This document shows positions 34,989 through 45,000 of a stretch of 64,000 nucleotides of DNA, piece by piece. The position numbers were made by a program, and so were the translations under genes. How positions within the stretch are numbered: position 1 is the stretch's first letter; each line of letters begins with the position of its first letter. This DNA comes from Centroscyllium fabricii (lineage: Eukaryota). The DNA lies in the NCBI GenBank assembly GCA_051313645.2, contig JBNRSN020000021.1:37882001-37946000 (forward strand), given 5' to 3'. The notes under the pieces were generated by a model. It did no database searches, was not told the origin of the DNA, and saw nothing but the letters and a program-made list of their open reading frames with translations.

Positions 34989-36444
34989 ATGGGGGAAGAA
35001 GAAAACAGAGACAGAGGAACGCCCAGCAGATTTGGGACCTTTCAGCCTGAGAAAGAAGACTGGGAATCGTACTTAGAACGATTCGACATACACTGCGAGG
35101 TGCAGACAATAGCTGAAGGTAACAAATTAAAGGTTTTGTTAAATTCTCTAGGACCCGAAGCATACGGGTTATTGCAAACACTGGTATCACCCACGAGAGG
35201 GGATAAATCTGCCCACGAGGCCGCTGCAGGAGGAGCAGCTCAGATAAGGAACAGTGGTGGTTGTGTAAAAGCCCACAAGACTACCTGGCACAAGAAAAGG
35301 TGCTTCAGGTGTGGCAAGACCACACACGCCCAGAACAAGTGCTGGGCCAAAGATAAAGATTGCTGGCAGTGTGGCAAGACGGGCCACATTGCAGCGGTAT
35401 GCTGGTCCGGGAAGCTGACAAAAGGACCAAGAAGACAAAACTGTAAACAGGGCAGGGCCAAGAAGGTCCACGGGATTACAGAGGAAGGTTCAGGGAGTGA
35501 ACCAGAGAACCAGGGCAAAGAGCACTGGGGGCTAGGAAGCCTAACGGTCCATAACATGGGTATACAATCGGACCGGGACCGGAAGATTATGCGGATTCCC
35601 CTCAAGGTGGCAGGGGTACCCATATCAATGGAGCTCGACACAGGGTCAGCTCTGTCCGTAATAAGTGAACGGTTTTATAAGAAAACCTTTAAGGGGATTC
35701 CCCTAGAACAGTTACCCGTAATTTGTAAAACATATACGGGACAGAAGTTAAGGACTTTGGGTCGGTTAGCCGTCTCAGTGAAGTACGAAGGCAAGCAGAC
35801 TAAAGGCCTCTACCTGTACGTACTGGAAGATGGTGGAACACCACTCTTGGGACGTGAATGGATGAAGAAAATCAATATAGATTGGAACTCTACCCAGGAT
35901 TTACACATCAAGGGTGAAGAAAAGAGTACAGCCACGTCGGACAGACTGGAGATACACCAGAGACATATCTCTCGTCTGACTCAGGGGCTGAAGGAAGCCC
36001 GAGACCAAATTGAGTTGTTGTGGACTGCACAAAACGAGCGGAAGCATCAACACATCGGATCACGGTTGTACGGAGCACTTCAGACAACTGAAGGAGGAAC
36101 AGTGAGTGAACTGTTGCCTTACGGTGCTGGACTGAGTTACGCACCTCCATTACGGATATCGGCAAGCACCCCAGACACAGAAAGGGGCTGCAAGGACTTG
36201 GCTAGCAATAGCCAGAGGCCATTAGTCGACTCTAAAGCTACAGTGGCTGCTTCGCAGGACAGAAATGAGTCACTGGAGGAGATGCACAAAGAAATGAACC
36301 AACTCAAGTCGCAGATGCAGGAGTTGCTTGAAACAAACAAGGTACTGCAAGACGATCTGCACGAGGCCAAGGAACGAAATAAGGATCTCCAGACACAGCT
36401 GAGCTCCAAAATAACTGATTATGAGAGCAAAGTGGAGCAGCTCT
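34989..36444 (+). pseudogene. Element A gag-protease ORF with coiled-coil tail, interrupted by element B
   Basis: Gag N-terminus EDWESYLERF...LGPEAY, two zinc knuckles (CFRCGKTTHAQNKC, CWQCGKTGHIAAVC), protease LDTGSALS...LLGREW; the frame resumes at 54747. Confidence 0.8.
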
Positions 36445-36900
36445 TGTAACCTTCAATAACGTCCTCGGAGTCGAGTAGTAGGTTAGAACAATCAGGCTTT
36501 TATTCACTACACCTGGAACATGCACCAGCAAGTTGACTGTCCCCGGGAATGGCATGGGGGATGGGAGCAGTCACTTATATACCACCTCCTGCGGGGGAGG
36601 AGTCGTGGGCGGAGCCAACCTGGGCATGTCCCAGGTATCATCTCACAGTATAGTACAGTACAGGTATAGGTTACATCGTGATACATGGTAGTTAAATATA
36701 TACAAGTGATATACACGTTTATCACATTCACCCCTTCTTTAAAACGAAAGTACGGCGGGGTGAGAAGACTAATAATTACAAGTGAGAGAGAGGAAAAAAA
36801 TTATTTCTTTAAAACAAAGTTCTTTTGACTACAGATTGAGTCTTTCAGGCGGTCTGGTTGACCGCGTCGATCTTCACACCGCTGGTGGTGCCTGTGGTGT

Positions 36901-38327
36901 TCATGGTCGTGAAGCGGCTGGTTGTGTCGGTTGCTCCATTGATGCCGGTCGACTAGTGGTGGTTGTTATGTAACTTCTGGGTGGCGGTGGTGCCCTCCTT
37001 ATTCTGACAGCAGGGGGCGCGTTCTCTCCTTCGTCCTCTGACTCTAGGGGGCGCGCGTTGTGGATCCAAGCTTGGGGCCGGGTCGTGCTGCTCGCAGGTG
37101 CCTTGTGGACATACTGGGGTACTGGGCCCACGTGTTGGGGAGCGTACTTTGGCTTCGGCGGCATGTGGAGCGTCACAGGACGTTTTGGGTGCGCGGGCTG
37201 CTGGGCGGGGCTTCTTGGAAGCGCGGGCTGCCTGGCGGGGTTGGGTTTGGGGACTCCTGCTGGGGCTAGATCCTTTATGGACACGGTGTCCTCCCTCCCG
37301 TTGGGGTATGCTATGTATGCGTACTGGGGATTGGCGTGCAGGAGGTGGACCCGTTCGACTAGGGGATCTGCCTTGTGTCCCCTCACATGCTTCCGAAGCA
37401 GGACCGGTCCCGGAGATAGTAGCCATGATGGTAGCGAGGTCCCGGAAGCTGACTTCCTAGGGAAGGCAAAAAGTCTTTCGTGAGGGGTGGCATTAGTGGC
37501 AGTACACAGGAGGGACCGGATAGAGTGGAGTGCTTCAGGGAGGACGTCCTGCCATCGGGTGACTGGGAGGCCTTTAGACCGTAGGGCTAACTGGATGGCT
37601 TTCCAGACCGTGGCGTTCTCCCTCTCTACCTGCCCGTTCCCCCGGGGGTTGTAGCTGGTAGTCCTGCTAGTCGCGATGCCTTTTGCTAGCAGAAACTGAC
37701 GCAGCTCGTCACTCATAAAAGAGGCCCCCCGGTCACTATGGATATAGTTGGGGTACCCGAACAGGGAGAAGATGCTATTAAGGGCTTTGATGATGGTGGC
37801 GGAGGTCATGTCCTGGCAGGGAATAGCGAAGGGGAAGCGGGAGTACTCATCTATAACGTTAAGGAAGTACACATTCCTATTGGATGAGGGAAGGGGCCCT
37901 TTAAAATCGACACTGAGTCGTTCAAAGGGGCGAGTGGCCTTGATCAAGTGCGCCCGGTCTGGCCGGTAGAAGTGCGGCTTGCACTCCGCGCAGACCTGGC
38001 AGTTGCTGGTCAGAGTCTTGACCTCCTCGATGGAGTAGGGGAGGTTGCGGGACTTCACAAAGTGAACCAACCTGGTGACCCCCGGGTGGCAGAGGTCATT
38101 GTGAAGGGTTTGGAGGCGGTCAGCCTGTGCGCTGGCACAGGTACCGCGGGATAGGGCGTCTGGGGGTTCGTTAAATATCCCGGGCCGGTATAAGATATCG
38201 TAATTGAACGCAGATAGTTCAATTCTCCACCTTAATATCTTGTCGTTCTTTATTTTACCCCGTTCCTTGTTGTTGAACATGAATGCGACTGATCGTTGGT
38301 CAGTCAGTAAGGTAAAACGTTTGCCGG
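36901..38327 (-). pseudogene. Element B pol 3' part (end of RNase H, integrase)
   Basis: Resumes GKRFTLLTDQRS; HHCC (HNDLCHPG...CQVC), SVDFKGP, HSDRG and GNGQVER. Confidence 0.9.
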
Positions 38328-40171
38328 TGTAATTATTTGTTGCGAGCTATGGGGCACTATAACCTCATTCATGATGGGTCCGGGATCCCCATCCACGGTG
38401 TCGGGACCCCGCCTCGTCTCTCGAACCGGACACATGGGTGCTGTAAGGTCGCAATATTCCAAGTCAAAACGGATTTACAAAGACCAGAAACGAAGGGATG
38501 GAGTATACATGTTTCTTTTATTGTACAATGGCAGACAGGACAGGCTGCGGCCTGATCAGAGAAAAAGGGGCCTCCAAGATGGCCGCCGGACCACATGGCA
38601 TAGTGTAAAACGAAACCAAAACCCAATTCGGAAAAGCCCGCGAAGTAGCCAGACATGAAGGCGCTGTTAAACCTGTAAATAAGTAGCCAGCCCCTTAGAA
38701 ACCGCTCAGCCCCACAAAGAAATGCACCCAGTTAAATAAGCACCCGATAAAGCTGCAAATATTGAAATTACTGGCCGTTTAGCCAGACACAAGATTTACA
38801 CAGCAAGCCCGCATTAAAGCGATTAGCACCCTTGCAAAAACAATGGGGGCTCTAACGGAGAGGTTAGGGTGCCATCAAACCATTACCAGCAGGCTTGGCT
38901 GGACAAAGGAATGCAGTAACCGTTTTCAAAACACAATACCTGCCTAATGGGAAAGACATTAGCTTCACAGTATAACTGGCAGGACATTTCTACAATTCGC
39001 TCTCTTGGGATCTCTTCTTCATCTGTGGGCTCTCTGGAGAGGGCTCTCTTGGAAAGCGCTTGGAAACTCTTCACATCTCTGACTCTCTGGAAGAGGGGGT
39101 CTCTCGAATATCTCGCAGCGTGGAAATCTCTCTTGGGAAAGAGCTCTTGGAGAAGGCTTTTGGAGGCGACCTCTTGAAGCGGTGAGGTCCCTGAACTGAG
39201 CTTTAGCAGTAACTTTGGGTGGGCTCTCTGTTTTCGAAGACTCCAGTTCAGCTTTCTGGGTGCAGGGCAAGCAGGGTGCAGGCTCTGGCAGGACAGCAGA
39301 GTTGGGTCAGGGCAGTATCGCATCGGAAAACCATTGCTGGTGAGGTAGTTGGTTGTTGGGCCCCATTAGTAGCATCTTGTTGAACACGGCGATTAAGCTA
39401 GCGTCGGAAGAGTGGGAAAGCAAGTAGGCTAGCAGCCCGTTACAGTTCGGCTTGAGAGGGCAGGATCGGCATACCCCAGGGTCCGGTTCAGCCAGGGAGA
39501 CGGTGCGGTTGGTGCGAGGAGATAGAGCAGCCTCGAGGAACCCGTCCGGGACCAGCCCGAGCAGGAGCGACCGCCGCCCAAAGGGAGAAGACAACAAGTG
39601 GACTCCCGAATCTTCCACAGCCACGTGACGACCGACGCTGCAGCCGAGGAAACGAAGGACTTCGTAGCAGACCCCGAGTATTACCGAGTGGTGAGCATGT
39701 GCCTCGATCCTACACACCTGGACATAGCTAGGCAATAGAGGGAAGGGTGGTTTATTTGGGGTGTATTTGTAGAGTCATTGCCCCGATTTACGATGTGCCG
39801 TGCGTTCCCCATCCTATAAGTTACCTGTGTATGTGCATATATATATATATCTGTTTGGGAAACAATTGTTGGTGTATCATATTGTGTCGTTCCGATGAAA
39901 TACAACCTAACTGCTGTAAATATATCCTGTGGTGTAATAAAATCTTCCAACTTTGCAAACTTTTATTCGAGTCTAAATCTGAGTCCAATCGGTATCCATC
40001 TCGTCTCTCTCTTCTCCTGCACCTAAGTCCAGCGTCTAGAACCGTAAGGGTGAGCGATTCGAACCGCTCGCGGGGGAGGAGGTTATTGCGCGAGGCCTAG
40101 CGGACTGCTAGCGCAAGGCAGTAACGGACCCCAAGTCGTACATAAAATATACGGCGCACGCTCCTTACAGA

Positions 40172-42094
40172 ATGGCGACCGCGGCAGGACGTTGGCAGCA
40201 GGAGAGAGATATATTGGACTCAGCCTTGAATAAAAGAAGCGTAATGGAGGAAAGGATTGCTGATTATGTGTTCAGTAAGGTGAACTTAACAAAGCAGTGG
40301 ATTGGGGACCTGTTGGCAGACAAACGTCCACTGGATGCAGCTATCCGTTGGATGGGTAGCAAGGGGCATAAGAAAGCAGTAGAAAAAGCAGTATGGCTAA
40401 TGTGCTATAAAAGGCAGGTCCAGCTTTCGGACCAGGTGATTGCGGCGCAGACCGCGCAGATCAAGGGGTTAGTCCTAGAAGTGGAGGAAAAGGTCTCAGA
40501 GGGGCAGCGGTTAATCACCGCGCTAGAGGCTCTGAATAATGAGCGCCAGGTGAAGACCAACCGCCATGAAGCTAGGGTTGAGCTCCTAGAAAGACAAGTA
40601 GTAGAGGCCATGTCAAGTGAAGGGAAGCTCAGGGAAAGGTGCGTCCGCCTAAGTGGCCAATTGAAGGCACAGGAGGAGGATTTACTGGGGATGAGGGCAG
40701 CGTACAAAATGTCCCTTGAGACCAAATATGAGGACGCCGATCATGGCGCTTGTTTAAAGGAGATTCAGGACCTTAGGGAGGCCCTGAACAGGTCAAACGG
40801 TCTGGTGTGCCTCATCGACCCATCGGTGGGTGAGGTAAAGGTGGTTAAGGAACCCCCGAAGCCAAAGCTAAGGAGGAGGGCGCCGGAGGCACCAGCCCCC
40901 GCGCTCCCCGCGCGATCACCCCACTATACGCAAGCATGGGAGAAAGGGGACAGAGAGGAGGTGGCGGCGAAGGTTCCCAAAATGGGGAATCCAGACCCGG
41001 CACCCATGTGTCCGGTTCGAGAGACGAGGCGGGGTCCCGACACTGCGGCTGGGGATCCCGGGCCCATCTTGAATGAGGTCATAGTGCCCCATAGCTCGCA
41101 ACAAATAAGGAGCATGATAGGGCATTTTAGGAAGCTGTCCGCAGCAGGCGATCCGTCCCTGCATTTTAGGGAGGTCGAACAGGCAGCAGCGGTAAACGGC
41201 TGTGACGAAGGAGAGCAAGCCAGGATGTTGCTTTTCTCTTTAGATAGCTCTATCCTTCAGTGTCTCTCCGACGAGAGCAAGAGGGGGGATAAGGGCTATG
41301 ACGACCTACGGGATGAGGTCTTAGAAGTGCTGGGAATGGACGATGAAGGTCCGTTTGTAAGGCTGGGTAGGACCGTGCAGATGGAGGGAGAACCCCCACG
41401 GGTTTTCGCCGGGAGGCTGTGGCCTGTGTATCAGCGCAGCTGCCCAGATGTACCTGCACGGGCTGTTTTGCGCGATGCCGGGAGAGCCCAGTGGCTCCGG
41501 TGTTTAGTTGCCAACAGCCTACCCGCCGTTAGAGAGCAGGCTAAGGTGTGGTTTGACCCCACCGATGCTCAAACCACAGAGGAGATGGTCCTCAACCGAC
41601 TCACGGTTGGGTACAAAAACACGAGGAGTTTGGTGATGCACTGCGATAAGGGGAAGGTGTATGCGACTAACGCAGACGCCCCAGCGCAGAGAGAGTGGTA
41701 TCAGGAGGGGGGCAACCCGGGGCAGTCTACATGTCATAGATGCGGGAAGGCAGGCCACTGGCGCAGAGACTGTAGAGCCCCGTGGAGGGAGGTCAAGGAA
41801 AGAGCTCCCGCAGCCCCAGCCCGAGCACCCACTCCCACAGGAGGTGCCGGCGCCACTCTAAGTCCCGAAACAATTGAGTCCATGCTGGAAGCCATGAAGT
41901 TTTATATGACTTCCCAGGGGAAGGTAGCCCCAACCCGAGCACCCGCTCCCACAGGAGGTGCCGGGGCGACTTTAAGTCCCGAAACGATAGAGTCCACGCT
42001 GGGGGCCATGAAGTTGTATATGGCTTCCCAGGGGAAGGCAGCGGTGGCCACCGGTTCCGCAGGCACCGCAGCCCCTCACGTGGAAGCCCAATGA
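40172..42094 (+). CDS. Element C Gag (640 aa)
   Basis: Coiled-coil N-terminal region, CCHC knuckle CHRCGKAGHWRRDC, 38-aa C-terminal duplication; homologous to element D gag. Confidence 0.88.
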   Translation: MATAAGRWQQERDILDSALNKRSVMEERIADYVFSKVNLTKQWIGDLLADKRPLDAAIRWMGSKGHKKAVEKAVWLMCYKRQVQLSDQVIAAQTAQIKGLVLEVEEKVSEGQRLITALEALNNERQVKTNRHEARVELLERQVVEAMSSEGKLRERCVRLSGQLKAQEEDLLGMRAAYKMSLETKYEDADHGACLKEIQDLREALNRSNGLVCLIDPSVGEVKVVKEPPKPKLRRRAPEAPAPALPARSPHYTQAWEKGDREEVAAKVPKMGNPDPAPMCPVRETRRGPDTAAGDPGPILNEVIVPHSSQQIRSMIGHFRKLSAAGDPSLHFREVEQAAAVNGCDEGEQARMLLFSLDSSILQCLSDESKRGDKGYDDLRDEVLEVLGMDDEGPFVRLGRTVQMEGEPPRVFAGRLWPVYQRSCPDVPARAVLRDAGRAQWLRCLVANSLPAVREQAKVWFDPTDAQTTEEMVLNRLTVGYKNTRSLVMHCDKGKVYATNADAPAQREWYQEGGNPGQSTCHRCGKAGHWRRDCRAPWREVKERAPAAPARAPTPTGGAGATLSPETIESMLEAMKFYMTSQGKVAPTRAPAPTGGAGATLSPETIESTLGAMKLYMASQGKAAVATGSAGTAAPHVEAQ

Positions 42095-45000
42095 CTAAGA
42101 CCCGCGCTGCCCATTTACCTGTGTCCGCTCCGTTATGATGCATGGAGGAGACCTCTGGTGGAAATGGAGGTGGAGAGACAGGAGGGGAATTATCTGTTGG
42201 ATACGGGGGCCTCATGCACCGTGATCCACACAGAGAAGCCGTTTAATTCCCCAATGTCCACCGGAGTCCCTTTTGCATTAGCAGGGTTTATGGGCAAGGA
42301 ACAGGGGGGCGCGCGCTCTAGGCCACTCTCCGTTCAGTTAGGAGCGCTCCACACCACTTGGGAGTGCATCCTGCTGAAATGGGAAGAAGGAGGTGGCAGA
42401 GGTATAGTAGGAGCAGATTTTCTGGGAGCACACGGGATCATGATCGACCTAAGGAACCACTGTTTATGGGCAGCCGAAAGTGGAAGAGGTGAAGTTGTGG
42501 TCATAGGGGAGGAAGAAGAGAAGGGGACCCTATGTACCGTGAAGCCGGCCGGAGGTTACGACCTCGATAGTTTGTCCAAGGGGGTTCCGGCCGACATGCA
42601 GGCGGCCGTAACGTGTAATATAAACGCCTTTGCGACCCACAAGCACGATTGTGGGAGGGTCTTAGGGTTTGAGGTTAGCATACAGGGGCATCCCATGTCC
42701 CGACCCTAGAAACAGTATAACTTCCCTAAGGAAGCGGAGTCCGATCTGGAGACAGCGATGTCTTCACTGGTGCGGCAGGGCGTGTTGAGGCCGATAGCCA
42801 CCCATGTGAACTCTCCGTTGTGGCCCGTACGGAAGCCAGACAACTCATGGAGAGCCACGGTGGATTATCGGGTCCTCAACAGTAACATCCCCGCCTGCGC
42901 GCCCACGGTGGCAGCAGTTGCCGACCTGATCGGGAGTATTCCCGCTTCCGCCACGGTGTTTACGGTGTTGGATATTTCCAACGGGTTTTGGTCCATCCCG
43001 CTGCGGAGGGAGGATCAGTACAAGTTTGCCTTTACGTTTAAAGGGCAGCAGTACACGTGGAATTGTTTGCCGCAAGGCTTCCACAACAGCCCCAGTATTT
43101 TCCACCAGTGTATGGCAGGGAGTTTAAAGGAGTTTAGTCAGCCCAATCAGATAGTGCAGTATGTGGACGACTTACTCCTGTTCACGGACACGAGGGATGA
43201 GCACTTGCCATTGCTAGGCGAGCTGCTGGAATTACTGGCTAGGAAGGGTTTCAAAATAAACCCGAAGAAGGCACGGATTGGCCAGACAGAAGTAAAATTT
43301 CTGGGTTTGACCATCCGCGCGGGGGAAAGGGCCATAGATAAGGCCAGGAGGGAGTCGGTACAGGAGCTACCGATCCCGACCACCGTAAAGGGTGTGAGGT
43401 CCTTTTTGGGATTGACCGGGTATTGCAGAGACTTCATTGAGGACTATGCTGCCACAGCAGCTCCGCTGCTCCGACTCTTACATAAGGGAGTTGGGTGGTC
43501 ATGGGATGAGGGCTGCCAGGCGGCGTTTGAAAAGTTGAAGAGGGACTTGCAAACCGCGCCAGCCCTGGGGGCCATAGAGGGGGGGAAGGAGTTTTCCTTG
43601 GAGCTAGCAGCCGGCGAGGACAGCTTGAGCGCGGTGCTGCTCCAAGAGCGGCACGGCAAGCTGCGACCGGTGGTGTATTCCTCAAGGGTACTCACGGAGG
43701 TGGAGAGGGGGTTCTCCAACTGCGAACGGCATCTTTTAGCCACGCATTGGGCCGTGAAGAGATCATTAATCTTCACGGGAACCTCTCCCATTACTCTCCT
43801 CACCCACCACACACCCACCAGGATGCTCCTGGATGGGAGGATAAAGGATGGGACCGTGAGCAGCGCGAGAATTGCGCGCTGGACTCTTCTTTTGTCCCAA
43901 ATGGATTTAAAGGTGGAGGGTTTGTGCGAGCCTAAGCACGCAGCAAATTTGATGTACCCCGGAACGACCCATCGGTGTTCCGTGGAGGGGGTATGGGAGG
44001 TGAACATAGGTCTGCGAGCCGGGATACATCCCACGGGCCGCGAGATCTATGTTGATGGTTCCAGCACGGTGGTGGCTGGCGAACGACTCACGGGCTGCGG
44101 GATTTTTGACCCTAAGGCAGACATTGCCTTGGCGGTTAAGCTTCCCCGCACCATGAGCGCGCAGCAGGCCGAGCTGTCGGCGGTGGCGTACGTGGTAACC
44201 CACCCCGAGACCTTCCCAACCCCGTACACAATTTGCTCCGATAGTATGTTTACGTGCAACTCGTGCACGGAGTATCTGGCCATATGGTCACGTCGCGGGT
44301 ACACTTCCGCGGACGGGCGGCCATTAACGGTAAAGCCCTTGTTGGAGAAGATCCTAGCGGCAGTAGGGGAAGAAGGGGAGATCTTCATCCACAAGGTGAA
44401 GGCTCACTCTTCCACGGAACCACGTGGGGGAGGCAATCAGCGGGCGGATGCGCTGGCCAAGGAGGGTGCTCGGGAAGGCACTTTCTGGGACCCCTACGGG
44501 TCCGGACCTGTGGCAGCGATCCGGGATAAGGAGGGGAATCGCCCCAGGGTTCCCCTGCCTTTGGATCTCAAAATGGTCCAAAACCAGGATCCCGTTTTAA
44601 AAGCTGTCCTCAAAGCTATTAGTGAGGACAAGCAGGTAGAGGGCCCATACAATAGGGCGACCCTCTCCGTTAAGGAAGGAATGTTGTTCAGGGAGGAACA
44701 GTGGGTTGTGCCGCAGCAGCACAGGAGGGAATTTCTCCAATTGGCCCACGAGGGTCCAGGAGCAGGGCACCCCGGGCCAGAGGTTACGTGGCAACGGGTG
44801 GAGCAGGCAGGGTGGTGGCCGGGACTCAGGGAAGATGCCCGCGAGTTCTGCGCCAGCTGCCTGGTGTGCGCTGCGAACAACCCAGACCCCCAAAGGAGGA
44901 AAGCGCAGATGGGGCACGTCAGGAGGGTGGAGGGACCGTGGCAGTCGATACAAGTCGACTATATAGGGCCCCTACCCACCGCCCAGGGAGGCTATAAATA

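Noticed and set aside
34321-35190. Overlapping 150-290-aa ORFs on both strands
   Set aside because: By-products of a GC-rich tandem repeat, with no domain motifs
39307-39735. Antisense 142-190-aa ORFs repeated in the C and D LTRs
   Set aside because: Non-ATG start, and the C/D substitutions checked are mostly non-synonymous in this frame; recurrence is explained by LTR homology
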